Notes: a model not told the origin generated them from the sequence alone. 64,000 bases of DNA from an uncultured Acidimicrobiales bacterium (GCA_963726695.1 CAVSDE010000008.1:97324-161323); one strand, 5' to 3'. Shown: positions 30,828 to 42,037, counted from the first letter of the stretch. Numbers and translations: made by a program.

Positions 30828-31683
30828 CTACTTGCGGTAGTCGTAGAAGCCGAAGCCGGACTTGCGGCCGAGGCGCCCCGCGTCGACCATCCGGCGCAGA
30901 AGCGGGGAGGGCGCGTAGTTCGGGTCACGAAACTCGTCGTAGAGCGCATCGAGGATCGCGACGGAGGTGTCGAGGCCGACGAGATCGAGCAGCGCGAACG
31001 GCCCCATCGGGAAGTTGCAGCCGCCCTTCATCGCCGCGTCGATGTCTTCTCGTGACGCCGTGCCCGCTTCGAGCATCCGCACCGCGTTGTTGAGATACGG
31101 GAAGAGCAGCGCGTTGACCACGAACCCAGCACGGTCTTCGACGACGACGGCCTGCTTGCCGCACTGCTCGGCGAACTCACGGGCGGCGGTGATCGTCTCG
31201 TCAGACGCGGAGCAGCGGCCGCACGATCTCGACGAGGCCCATCGCTGGCGCGGGATTGAAGAAGTGCACGCCGCAGACCCGCTCGGGCCGGCCGGTCTCG
31301 ACCGCCATCTCGACGACCGGGAGCGTCGAGGTGTTCGTGGCCAGGATCGCATCAGTGCGGCAGTAGTGGTCGAGCTCGCGGAAGAGCTGCTTCTTCACCG
31401 CGAGGTCTTCGACGACCGACTCGATCACGAGGTCACAGTCGGCGAGCTCGCCGAGGACCGTCGTCGCGGTGACACGAGAGACGACCGCGGCACGCTCGGC
31501 TTCGTCGATCTTCCCCCGCTCGACCTGCTTGGCGAGGGCCTTCTCGAGGGCAGCCACCATGCCGTAGGCACTGGCCTCGTGACGGGATCGGAGGATGACC
31601 TCGTAGCCCGCTTTCGCGGCCACCTCGGCGATGCCCGCCCCCATGATCCCCGACCCGACGATGCCCACCCGCTTCACGGCCAC
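30828..31683 (-). CDS. 3-hydroxybutyryl-CoA dehydrogenase (frameshift ~31210)
   Basis: GIVGSGIMG, VIESVVEDL, ATNTSTL, GVHFFNP, PMGPFALLDLVGLD, GRKSGFGFY. Confidence 0.92.
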
Positions 31684-31786
31684 CGCCCGAGGTTACCGGC
31701 GGGTAAGGAGGCGACACCAGACGGCGTCACCCTGTGTTCACGCCGACGAGACCGCGACGCCACCTCGCCTCGGTACCGTCGAAAGC

Positions 31787-32542
31787 ATGTCGAGAACCAC
31801 CGCCGCGCCGGCGTGCCACATCGTGCTCGAGCGCTCCTTCAACTTCCGTGACCTGGGCGGTTACCCGACCGTCGACGGCGGCACGACCAAGTGGCAGACG
31901 CTCTACCGCGCCGATGGCATCCATCGCATCTCCGAAGGCGACGTCGTGCGGCTGCAGCCGCTCGGCCTCAGGACAGTGATCGACCTGCGCACGCCCGACG
32001 AGATCGAGCAGAACGGTCGCTTCCCGGTCGACTCCGTCGACTACCGCCACCACCCCGTGATGGACGTGATCTGGACGCCCGAGCTCATCGAGGCGAACGC
32101 GGACTCGCCCACGTTCCTGGTCGACCGATACCGGGAGATGCTCGTCACCGGCGAGCGTGCCCTCGGCAGCTCTCTCCGGCTCCTCACCGACCTCGACGCC
32201 TACCCGATCGTGTTCCACTGCGCCGCCGGCAAGGACCGCACGGGGATCCTCGCCGCCCTCGTGCTCGCACTCGTCGGGGTGCCTGACGAGGTCATCGCGG
32301 AGGACTACGCGCTCAGCACTGAGGGCATGGCTCGCATGATCGAGTGGGTCATCGAGAACGTGCCCGAAGCCCGCGAGCGCATGAGCCAGGCACCGCCCTC
32401 GATGATGGAGTCAGAGCCCGAGAGCATCCTCGCTCTGCTCGATCACATCCGGATCGAGCACGGCACCATCGAGGTCTACGTCGGCACGCTCGGCGTCGAC
32501 GCCGACCACATCGCGCGGCTGCGCATCGCCCTCGTCAGCTGA
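31787..32542 (+). CDS. Tyrosine/phosphoinositide phosphatase (PtpB/IphP-like)
   Basis: NFRDLGGY, VIDLR, HCAAGKDRTG. Confidence 0.9.
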   Translation: MSRTTAAPACHIVLERSFNFRDLGGYPTVDGGTTKWQTLYRADGIHRISEGDVVRLQPLGLRTVIDLRTPDEIEQNGRFPVDSVDYRHHPVMDVIWTPELIEANADSPTFLVDRYREMLVTGERALGSSLRLLTDLDAYPIVFHCAAGKDRTGILAALVLALVGVPDEVIAEDYALSTEGMARMIEWVIENVPEARERMSQAPPSMMESEPESILALLDHIRIEHGTIEVYVGTLGVDADHIARLRIALVS

Positions 32543-32561
32543 CGACACGACCCCCGCTACG

Positions 32562-33233
32562 GTGACCGCAGTGAGCGGCACCTTGGCGTTGGTGGGTGGA
32601 GGCGAGTTCGGCGACGACTGCGACTTCGACGCCGAGCTGCTCACCGCTGCAGGGGCGAGCGAGGTGCTCGTGGTCCCCACCGCGGCGGCGTACGAACATC
32701 CCGGCCGGTCTGTGGAGCAAGCCGTCGCCCACTTCGAGGCATTGGGAGCCAAGGCTCGGGGCCTCATGGTGCTGAACCGAAACGATGCGCTCGACGAAGC
32801 CAACACTGAGGCGGCGCGGACCGCTCGGTTCGTCTACCTCACCGGCGGCTCGCCGATGCACCTGCGCTCGGTGCTGAAGGCCACGCCCTTCTGGGACGGC
32901 CTGGTCGAGGCATGGCAGAACGGCGCAGTGATCGCCGGCTCGTCTGCGGGTGCGATGGCCCTCTGCGACCCGATGGTCGACCCGCGGGGAGGCGCGTTCA
33001 CGCTCGGCCTCGGCCTGCTCGAGCAAGTCGCCGTGATCCCCCATCACGACCAATGGAGCCACGAGCGATCGCGGCGCACGTTCGAGCTCGCGGGGTCATC
33101 GTTCCCGATCATCGCGGTCGACGAGCAAACCGCAGCGATCCGAGACGGAGACGGCACGTGGCGCGTCGCCGGCAGCGGCAAGGTGCAGGTCATGCTCGGT
33201 GGCCACGAGGTCGGGCTGGACCGCCTGCCCTGA
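32562..33233 (+). CDS. Peptidase S51 / cyanophycinase-like protein
   Basis: LALVGGGE, VVPTAA, YLTGGS, AGSSAGAM, PHHD. Confidence 0.85.
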   Translation: MTAVSGTLALVGGGEFGDDCDFDAELLTAAGASEVLVVPTAAAYEHPGRSVEQAVAHFEALGAKARGLMVLNRNDALDEANTEAARTARFVYLTGGSPMHLRSVLKATPFWDGLVEAWQNGAVIAGSSAGAMALCDPMVDPRGGAFTLGLGLLEQVAVIPHHDQWSHERSRRTFELAGSSFPIIAVDEQTAAIRDGDGTWRVAGSGKVQVMLGGHEVGLDRLP

Positions 33234-33237
33234 CTTC

Positions 33238-33329
33238 CCGGTGCCGCTCTCCGCTCCGCTTCGATCGGCGCCGGCTCGCTGCGCTCGGCAATCGGTGCTT
33301 CGCGCACCCGGCGGCGCACTGCGCCGCCG
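33238..33329. repeat. Cluster of GC-rich hairpins (REP-like or bidirectional terminator)
   Basis: CCGGTGCCG/CGGCGCCGG, GGTGC/GCACC and CGGCGGCGC/GCGCCGCCG stems between convergent genes. Confidence 0.55.
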
Positions 33330-33337
33330 CTCACGGA

Positions 33338-34246
33338 TCACGACTCGGTGATCGTGACCTTCTGGATCTGCACGGGCTGTGAGGGCGGGCCGTCGGCGCC
33401 CGGGACCGCGAGCGCTGCGATCGTCTTGATCGTGGTGTCGAGGCCATCGGTGACCTGACCGAACAGCGAGTACTTCGCCGGGAGCTGCGTGCCCTGCTGG
33501 CCGCTGATGACGAAGAACTGGCTGCCGTTCGTGTCGGGGCCGGAGTTCGCCATCGCGAGCGACCCCAGCTGGTACGAGCCTTCGGCGGGCAGCTCGTCGG
33601 CGAACTCGTAGCCCGGCCCGCCGGTGCCGTCACCCTTCGGGTCGCCGCACTGGATCACGAAGTCGGCCACGACGCGGTGGCACGTGATGCCGTCGTAGTA
33701 GTGGTACAGCGAGAGGACGACGAAGTTGTTCACGGTGTTCGGCGCGGCCTTCGGGTCGAGCTCGATCGTGAAGCTCCCGTGGTTCGTCTCGACGTCGGCG
33801 GTGTACTTCTTCGCCGGGTCGATGCACATCGGGGGTGCCTTCTCGAAGGAGGTGACGCGCTCAGCCGAACCGTCCGTCGGCGGGCAGGGCGTGGTACCGG
33901 TGATCGAGGTGCCGGGCACGGTCGTGATCGTGCTCGCCGGGCTGGCCGCCGTCGTGCCCGCCGAACCCGCGGCGGTGGTGGCCGCACCCGCACCTGTCGT
34001 GCCTGCGCCTGCAGCGACGGTCGTGCTTGCGCCCGCAGCGACCGTCGTGCCCGACGACACCGCGGTGTTGTTGTCGTTGCCGCCGACGAGCCTGCTGATG
34101 ATGAAGGCGACCGCGAGGAACGCCACGAGGAGGATCGCCCCTCGGATGATCGTGCGCTTGCGCTTCGCAGTGGCCTGCTCGGCCTCCTGAGCTTCGAGTC
34201 GAGCCTGCCGACCGGCCTTCTGGCGTTCACGTTTTGCGGTGCCCAC
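33338..34246 (-). CDS. Membrane-anchored cyclophilin peptidyl-prolyl isomerase
   Basis: MGTAKRERQK, TM, APNTVNNF, FVIQCGDPKGDGTGGPGY, AMANSGPDTNGSQFF. Confidence 0.93.
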   Translation of the reverse strand: MGTAKRERQKAGRQARLEAQEAEQATAKRKRTIIRGAILLVAFLAVAFIISRLVGGNDNNTAVSSGTTVAAGASTTVAAGAGTTGAGAATTAAGSAGTTAASPASTITTVPGTSITGTTPCPPTDGSAERVTSFEKAPPMCIDPAKKYTADVETNHGSFTIELDPKAAPNTVNNFVVLSLYHYYDGITCHRVVADFVIQCGDPKGDGTGGPGYEFADELPAEGSYQLGSLAMANSGPDTNGSQFFVISGQQGTQLPAKYSLFGQVTDGLDTTIKTIAALAVPGADGPPSQPVQIQKVTITES

Positions 34247-34319
34247 GAGCCGGGAAACCTACCGGCTCGCCGGGATCGCCCCACAGTCAGCATGGGTGCC
34301 GCTGGTACCGTCCAAGGGC

Positions 34320-35534
34320 GTGGCCCTCCTCGTGCAGAAGTACGGCGGCACCTCCGTCGCCGACGCCGATCGCATCCGGGCCGTCGCCGAGAACGTCGCT
34401 CGCACCCACCGGCAGGGCAACGACGTCATCGTCGTGGTCAGTGCAATGGGCAAGGAGACCGACGAGCTCATCGCCCTCGCAAACCGGGTTTCCTCGAAGC
34501 AGCCGGGACGCGAGATGGACATGCTGCTCACCGCCGGTGAGCGCAAGACGATGGCATTGCTTTGCATGGCGCTCGCCGAGCTCGACATCGACGCTTCGTC
34601 TTTCACGGGGAGCCAGGCCGGCATCGTCACCGACACGACGCACGGCAAGGCGAAGATCCTCGAGGTGAGAGGCGACCGGATACGCACCGCGATCGCGGCC
34701 CGTCAGATCCCCGTGGTCGCAGGGTTTCAAGGCGTCTCGACCGCGAACGATGTGACCACCCTCGGCCGTGGCGGCTCGGACACGACCGCGGTCGCGCTCG
34801 CCGCCGCGTTCAACGCCGATGCCTGCGAGATCTACACCGATGTCACCGGGGTGTTCACGGCCGACCCTCGAGTCGTCCCCACCGCGCGCCGGCTGAGCAA
34901 GGTGTCGTTCGAGGAGATCCTCGAGATGGCGGCAACGGGCGGCCGTGTGCTCGCGCTGAGGTCGGTCGAGTTCGCCCGCAACCACCACGTGCCACTCCAC
35001 GTTCGGTCGAGCTTCACGTGGGAGCCCGGCACATGGATCACAGAGGAGGACGCTTCGATGGAAGCCCCGATCATCTCCGCCGTCACGCACGACACCGATG
35101 AGGCGAAGGTGACGATCACCGGAGTGCCCGACAAGCCCGGCATCGCAGCGCGGCTGTTCCGCGCGCTCGCCGACGAATCGGTGAACGTCGACATGATCGT
35201 GCAGAACACGTCCATCGGCGGGGCGACCGACATCTCGTTCACGGTGCCGAAGGCGGACCTCGCTGCAAGTGAGCGCGTCACCGGTGCGCTCGTGGCCGAG
35301 ATCAGCGCGACGGGAGTGACCCACGACGAGAACATCGGCCGGGTCTCGCTGATCGGTGCGGGCATGAAGACCAATCCGGGTGTCGCCGCGACGATGTTCG
35401 AGACGCTCGCCGACAACGGCATCAACATCGAGATGATCTCGACCTCGTCGATCCGGATCTCGTGCGTCGTCGCGGCCGCCGACGTCGAGCGCTCGGTGCA
35501 GGTGCTGCACGACGCGTTCGCCCTCGGCGCCTGA
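34320..35534 (+). CDS. ask: Aspartate kinase
   Basis: VQKYGGTSV, VVSAMG, TLGRGGSDTTA; ACT domains; internal beta-subunit start (GAGGAGG...ATGGAAGCC). Confidence 0.96.
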   Translation: MALLVQKYGGTSVADADRIRAVAENVARTHRQGNDVIVVVSAMGKETDELIALANRVSSKQPGREMDMLLTAGERKTMALLCMALAELDIDASSFTGSQAGIVTDTTHGKAKILEVRGDRIRTAIAARQIPVVAGFQGVSTANDVTTLGRGGSDTTAVALAAAFNADACEIYTDVTGVFTADPRVVPTARRLSKVSFEEILEMAATGGRVLALRSVEFARNHHVPLHVRSSFTWEPGTWITEEDASMEAPIISAVTHDTDEAKVTITGVPDKPGIAARLFRALADESVNVDMIVQNTSIGGATDISFTVPKADLAASERVTGALVAEISATGVTHDENIGRVSLIGAGMKTNPGVAATMFETLADNGINIEMISTSSIRISCVVAAADVERSVQVLHDAFALGA

Positions 35535-35568
35535 AACTGCCGGGATTCCGCCGCGACCCCGCCGGTAG

Positions 35569-36886
<1,318 letters not shown>

Positions 36887-36916
36887 CCATCCACGATGCC
36901 GCGTATGGTCGGCCGC

Positions 36917-37457
36917 ATGGCAATGGACACGTTCATGGTGCTCGTCGGTGTGTACGACGACGTGAAGGATGCCGAGCAGGACTACGAGGCGATCAAGGTC
37001 CTGCACGTCGAGGCGGGGCTCATCGACGCCTATGACGCCGCCCTGATCGACCGGGACGAAAAGGGCAAGGTGAAGATCAAGAAGAAGCACGAGACGCCGA
37101 CCCGCGGGCGGCGTGCTCGGCGCGGGCGTCGGTCTCGCAAGTGGGCTCGTCGTCGTGCTGTTCCCGTTCGCGGCGATCGGCGGTGGGCTCCTCGCGGCGA
37201 CCACGACGGGCGGCGCGGTGCTCGGCGCCGTGGCCGGGCACGCGGCCGCGGGCATGAGCCGCAAGGACCTGAAGGAGCTCGGCGAGCAGCTCGACAACGG
37301 GCAAGCGGGACTCATCGTCGTCGCGGTGTCAGACATGACGTCGAAGGTCGAGGCGGCGATGAAGACGGCCAAGAAGCTCGAGGAGAAGGAGCTGAAGGCC
37401 GACAGCGCCGCGATCGAGGCTGACGCAAAGGAAGCAGAGACCGCAGCGAAGGGCTGA
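36917..37457 (+). CDS. DUF1269-like membrane protein (frameshift ~37105)
   Basis: YDAALI.RDEKGKVKIKKKHETPT, Gly-rich TM, GMSRKDLKELGEQLD.GQAGL. Confidence 0.8.
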
Positions 37458-37562
37458 CCCCTCCTCCCCCTTCTCCGCTGGAAGCCGCGCCACTTTCGCG
37501 CGTTTCTCAGCAGGGAACGCCGTAGGGAGGGCCGGATGGGGCGGCTACGCTCTCCGGCCTAC

Positions 37563-37640
37563 CGGGAAGTAGCGCAGCTTGGTTAGCGCGCAGCGTTCGG
37601 GACGCTGAGGCCGCGGGTTCAAATCCCGCCTTCCCGACCA
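37563..37640 (+). tRNA. tRNA-Pro (anticodon CGG)
   Basis: Acceptor CGGGAAG/CTTCCCG, D-arm GCGC/GCGC, anticodon arm CAGCG-TTCGGGA-CGCTG, T-arm GCGGG-TTCAAAT-CCCGC, encoded CCA. Confidence 0.97.
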
Positions 37641-37645
37641 GATCG

Positions 37646-38194
37646 CTACCTTCGCGGCTCGTACCGCATCGCCACTGCCCCTGAGCTGAACTCCACACGG
37701 CTCACGAGCTGCAAGTCGACATGCTTCGACAGCCCCGCGAACAGCGTCGGCCCGTGGCCCGCGAGCCTGGGATGCACCACGAACTCGTAGTCATCGATCA
37801 GTCCCAGCTCGGTCAACACGAGGGGGAGCTGCACACCGCCGACGAAGAGTCCGTTGCCCGGCTCCCGCTTGAGCTGCTGCACGGCCGTGGCCAGATCCCC
37901 GCGCACGAGCTCCGCGTTCCGATCGACCTGCTCGAGGGTGCTCGACACGACGTACTTCTTCGCAGCGTTGATCGTCTGAGCGAAGGGCTCCATCCACTCA
38001 GGTCTCGCTGCCGTCTCCGCCGGCGGCCGCCACGCTGACTCCATCATCTCGTACGTCACGCGGCCAAAGAGAAGGGCATCGGCCTCACTGATGCTCTCGG
38101 CCGCGTGACGATGCAGCTCTTCGTCAGCGGGGATTGCAAGGTGATCGCAGCACCCGTCCAACGTGACGTTGATGGAGTACCGAAGGGGCCGCAT
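37646..38194 (-). CDS. Dihydrofolate reductase-like (RibD C-terminal) protein
   Basis: INVTLDG, LLFGRVTYEMM, KYVVSSTL, GLIDDYEFVVHP..AGHGPTLF. Confidence 0.9.
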   Translation of the reverse strand: MRPLRYSINVTLDGCCDHLAIPADEELHRHAAESISEADALLFGRVTYEMMESAWRPPAETAARPEWMEPFAQTINAAKKYVVSSTLEQVDRNAELVRGDLATAVQQLKREPGNGLFVGGVQLPLVLTELGLIDDYEFVVHPRLAGHGPTLFAGLSKHVDLQLVSRVEFSSGAVAMRYEPRR

Positions 38195-38272
38195 CTCTCA
38201 ACAGTACGAGCCCTCTTTGAGTCATTCGGAAGCCCGCGTTCTTGACGTTCTTGGATAGCGTCCGGCTCCGTC

Positions 38273-39869
38273 ATGTCGTCTGCCCTGCGGTTCTCCGTGA
38301 TCATCCCGCTCGAGGACCACCGGGGACACGCCGTCGGCTGCGTGCGGGGCTGGGCGCAGGACCAGGTGTTTCCGCGTGAGCAGTTCGAGATCGTCATCGC
38401 GAGCCCGACTGGCTACGCCACGGCCGAGCTGGACGAGATCCGGGGACTGCTCGGACCGCAGGACCAGATGCGGGAGTTCGACCGTCACCACGACATGGAC
38501 CTCTGCGCAAAGGAGCCGAGAGCGCGAGCGGCGAGCTGCTGTTCTTCACGGAGTCGCACTGCATGCCGGAGCCCGAGACCCTCGCCCACGCGGATGCCGT
38601 CGCGGCGAGAACCCGGACTTGGCCGGATTCAGCGGCCGCTCGATCCCGGTCACTGGCAACCTCCTCTCAGAGCTCGAGGCGGAGTGGTACGGGCCGGACA
38701 TCGAGTTCGGCATGACCGAGCATCCCTGGCGGAAGGTGCTCGACCAGTGCTTCGTGGTGCGTCGGTCGGCGTACTTCCAGGCGGGCGGCTTCGACCCGGT
38801 CTTCGGGCACTTCGCCGAATGGCTCATCGCCGCCCGCTTGTACGCGCTCGACCTGAAGATCGGCTACGAGCCGACCGTCCGCATCGACCACCTGTACATC
38901 GGGGACTTCGGCGAGTGGCGCTTCTTCACGGCCAACTTCTTGCAGGGACAGATGGCATATCTCGCACTCGAGCCCGGCGATCCACTCGCGCCGATGTTCG
39001 ACGAAGTGGGCGAGTGGTCGCGCCGACACATGCTGCAGCGCAGCGTGGCACGCCGGATCTGCCACATGCTGCTGCTGGACCTGCGCCGATCGATCGAGGT
39101 CGCGAGTGCGGAGCGCCCGCGTCAAAGCCTCTCGTCGCTTCGACACTGGCACTGGTCGCTGCTCGGATCGTGGCTCGTGCGAGCGACGGCCGGACACTCG
39201 GTCGTGCTGATGGATGCGCAGCGCCGGTACCTCACGAGCCGAGTCGCGCTGCAGGTCGATCTCCTGACCAGCAACCGAACCCGGGCCAAGGCGCACTTCG
39301 TACGTTGCTGCGAGGCGATCATCACGGTGGAGCGCACCCGGTTCCTGCGAGCGCGGGCTCGCAACATTGCACGCGACGGGGCGAGCCGCCCGCCTCCCGA
39401 TGAGGCGCGCTCCGGTGACTCCGGCGCATGGAAGCCCGGACGGCTCGACGAAGCTCATGGCGTCGGGTTCCACCCAGCCGAGGCCGTCGGTGCAGAAGTC
39501 ATTCGCTGGTCTGAGCCCGCTGCGTACGTCGAGCTGCCGCTCGCCGCGGGCCGATACGTGATGCGCCTGAGCTGGCTCTTCGCTCCGCGAGTCGACGGTG
39601 AGCCGAGCGTGACCTTCTACCTCGACGAACGGCCTCTTCCAGCCCAACGCGTGTCCATCCGGCGAGACTTCGTCGAGCTCCTCGTGGACGTTCCCGAGTC
39701 GTCGTCTCCGCCGCGCCTCGGGTGGGTCTGCTCAGCCATTCGTGCTGAGGGCGACGACCGGGCGCTCGGTCTGCCGGTCGTCAGCCTGGCCTGGGCACGC
39801 GAGGACGCGCGCACGAGCTTCGTGGACGAGCAGACCAGGGACGGAGTCGAGCTCGCCCACCTCGCTTGA
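38273..39869 (+). CDS. GT-A-like glycosyltransferase with beta-rich C-terminal domain (frameshifts ~38510-38610)
   Basis: FSVIIPL, FEIVIA, LFFTESHC, F.VRRSAY..AGGFD..F; C-terminal GFHPAE..IRWS..AYVELPL.AGRY. Confidence 0.65.
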
Positions 39870-39892
39870 CCGGCCCGCGCCGCGGGTGAGGG

Positions 39893-39923
39893 TTGACTCT
39901 GCCGTCGCGTCAACTGATTGGAT
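39893..39923 (+). promoter_or_regulatory. MerR-type promoter/operator
   Basis: TTGACT, 19-nt spacer containing dyad TTGAC...GTCAA, weak -10 TTGGAT 6 nt before the ATG at 39930. Confidence 0.55.
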
Positions 39924-39929
39924 CGCGTC

Positions 39930-40683
39930 ATGTTCGGGATCGGGACCGTTGCGCGGCTGCTGCGGCCAGTATGGGTGGACCCGAGCTCCGGCTAGCGGTG
40001 GTACGAACCTGAGCAGCTTCGGCGGCTGCACCGGATCATCGCGCTGCGCGATCTCGGTGTGCGCCTCGTCCGGATCGGCGTGCTCCTGGACGAGACACTG
40101 ACCGTCGAAGAGCTACGCGGCATCCTGCTGCTCAGGCGTGCCGAGGCGCACGACCGGCTCGCGGCAGAGGCGGAACGTCTGGCCCACGTCGAAGCGCGGC
40201 TTGCCCAACTCGAGGAGCGTGAGATGACTGACTACGACGTCGTCGTGAAGAGCACCGATGCGGAATGGGTTGTCGCGATCACCGAGACCCTCAACGGCCT
40301 GACCGAAATCGCGGACGCGCACGGCCGTCTCTGGCCAAGGCTGCATGCGATCGTCGAGGAGCTCGGCGTCGACCGCGTCCCTCCGTCGATCGCGCGAGCA
40401 AGGTGACGGACCGATCGAGTTCACCGCCGCGCTTCCTGTGTCCGACGACGTTCGCTACGAGCGTGACGGTGCGCGCACGCATGAGATCCCGGGCCTTGCC
40501 CGCGCTGCGACGACCGTGATGTACGGCGACGACTTCGACGGGGGGTTCCGTGCCCTTCGGACCTGGATCGACGATGCGGGCGAACGAGCAGCGGGTGAGC
40601 TTCGGGAGATCTACCTCGACTGCGACGGACCAAGGGACACGTGGGTCGTCGAGCTCCAGCTGGCACTGGAACCTCGCCCATAG
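39930..40683 (+). pseudogene. MerR regulator with GyrI-like effector domain, disrupted
   Basis: MFGIGTVARL joins directly to LRPVWVDPSSG (recognition helix missing). In-frame TAG where Tyr is expected (SG*RWY). Extra frameshift ~40400; C-terminal REIYLDC...WVVELQ. Confidence 0.75.
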
Positions 40684-40699
40684 GCACCACGCCCGCGCG

Positions 40700-41497
40700 C
40701 TAACGGTTGCGAGCGAGCAGAGCGAGCAGCCGCAGCAGCGTGATGTACAGCCAGATGAGTGTGACCATCAGGCCGTAGGCGGCGTACCACTCCATGAACT
40801 TCGGCGCGTCGCGATCGACGCACCCCTCGATGAACGCGAAGTCCAGCGTCAACGACAGCGCGGCGAGGATCACCGCGATCACCGTCACGACGATCCCGAT
40901 GCTGCGGAACTGCGCTGAGTACAGGAAGCCCCAGTCGAAGATCGCCAGCACCCACACGAACAGGTACAAGAGCGACAGCCCGGCGAGCCCGACGATCACA
41001 GCGAACGCCATCTTCTGCGTCGGCTTCACGATGCGGGTGACGTACATGAACAGCGCGGCCAGAAACACCGAGACCGTGGCCAGGACCGCTGCCGCGACGA
41101 TGCCGTCGGTCTGCGCGTCGAACATCGCGGAGATCGCGCCGAGGCAGAAGCCCTCGAGCACTGCGTAGATGACACCAAGCAACGCGGCGCGACGGGGGTT
41201 CACCGCCACCATGATCCCGACGAAGAAGGCGCCGAAGCTCGCCAGCCAGAACCCGCCCGGGATCGTGACCGTGGTGTTCGCGTAACCCGTGCCGAGATCG
41301 ACCGCAACCGGCTGGGTCGCGGTCGCCCAGCCCCACGCTCCCCCAGCGATCAGCACGAGGAGCAAGAACAACGTCTTGATCGCCGTGCCGAACACGGTCA
41401 TCGAGCGCGGCGACGTCTCCGCGAAGAGCGCAACGGCAGCCTTCGAGCCGAGTGCGGGGTTCCCAGAGTCGTTGGTGTCGGTGATCACGGCGGTCAC
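40700..41497 (-). CDS. Bax inhibitor-1/YccA family membrane protein
   Basis: YAVLEGFCLGAISA, LTLDF..IE, APKFMEWYAAYGLMVTLIWLY..LLRLL. Confidence 0.9.
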   Translation of the reverse strand: MTAVITDTNDSGNPALGSKAAVALFAETSPRSMTVFGTAIKTLFLLLVLIAGGAWGWATATQPVAVDLGTGYANTTVTIPGGFWLASFGAFFVGIMVAVNPRRAALLGVIYAVLEGFCLGAISAMFDAQTDGIVAAAVLATVSVFLAALFMYVTRIVKPTQKMAFAVIVGLAGLSLLYLFVWVLAIFDWGFLYSAQFRSIGIVVTVIAVILAALSLTLDFAFIEGCVDRDAPKFMEWYAAYGLMVTLIWLYITLLRLLALLARNR

Positions 41498-41530
41498 GGG
41501 TGCAGACCCTATGGCGACATCACGTCGGGC

Positions 41531-42037
41531 TCAGCGGTCCGTTCTGGGGGCTGCCCGATCGACCCAGGTGAGCAACACGCCTTCGCGCTTCACCATGTAG
41601 GAGCCGGGCATCACGCGCAGGCGCGTCGGCACCACCTCGAGGATGCCGAAGCCGGGCGCGGTCGGCGAGTCCCAGCCCGGGATGATGCTCGGGTCGTAAC
41701 CCACCGGCGGCGCCGCGTGCTTGATGCGGTCCCAACCTGCGACCCGGCTCGCGTCGTCGAGCATCCACGCCGCCGCGCACTCGGCGAGGCACGTGTCGTG
41801 GTTGCTCGCCCAGTAGTTGAGTGAGATGAACGGAGTCGCCTCGAGGTCGTCGTGCTTCGGAGAGAGAGGGCTCGTCGCGATCCACCCGCGTAGATCCGCG
41901 CCATCCCATTCCCACACGGGATGCAGCACACGACTGCGGGGGCGGCCAGCGCGGTCGACCGTGGCTGCGGAGCACCACACGATGCGATGCGCCATCTCGA
42001 CGAACGCGGGAGCCACCGAGCTGAGGTCGTCGCTCAT
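41531..42037 (-). CDS. Pyridoxamine 5'-phosphate oxidase-like (FMN/F420 split barrel)
   Basis: AHRIVWCSAATVD..GRPRSRVLHP.W, SPK, PPVGYDP. Confidence 0.85.
   Translation of the reverse strand: MSDDLSSVAPAFVEMAHRIVWCSAATVDRAGRPRSRVLHPVWEWDGADLRGWIATSPLSPKHDDLEATPFISLNYWASNHDTCLAECAAAWMLDDASRVAGWDRIKHAAPPVGYDPSIIPGWDSPTAPGFGILEVVPTRLRVMPGSYMVKREGVLLTWVDRAAPRTDR

Noticed and set aside
32562-33233. Cyanophycin metabolism locus
   Set aside because: No cphA nearby. The short S51 protein could equally be a peptidase E-like enzyme.
37618-37640. Prophage/ICE att site at tRNA-Pro
   Set aside because: No second copy of the tRNA 3' end and no integrase seen in the window.
39930-40010. Pyrrolysine/amber recoding of the in-frame TAG in merR
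   Set aside because: No pyl genes. The TAG replaces a Tyr codon by one base, and the gene has other lesions.
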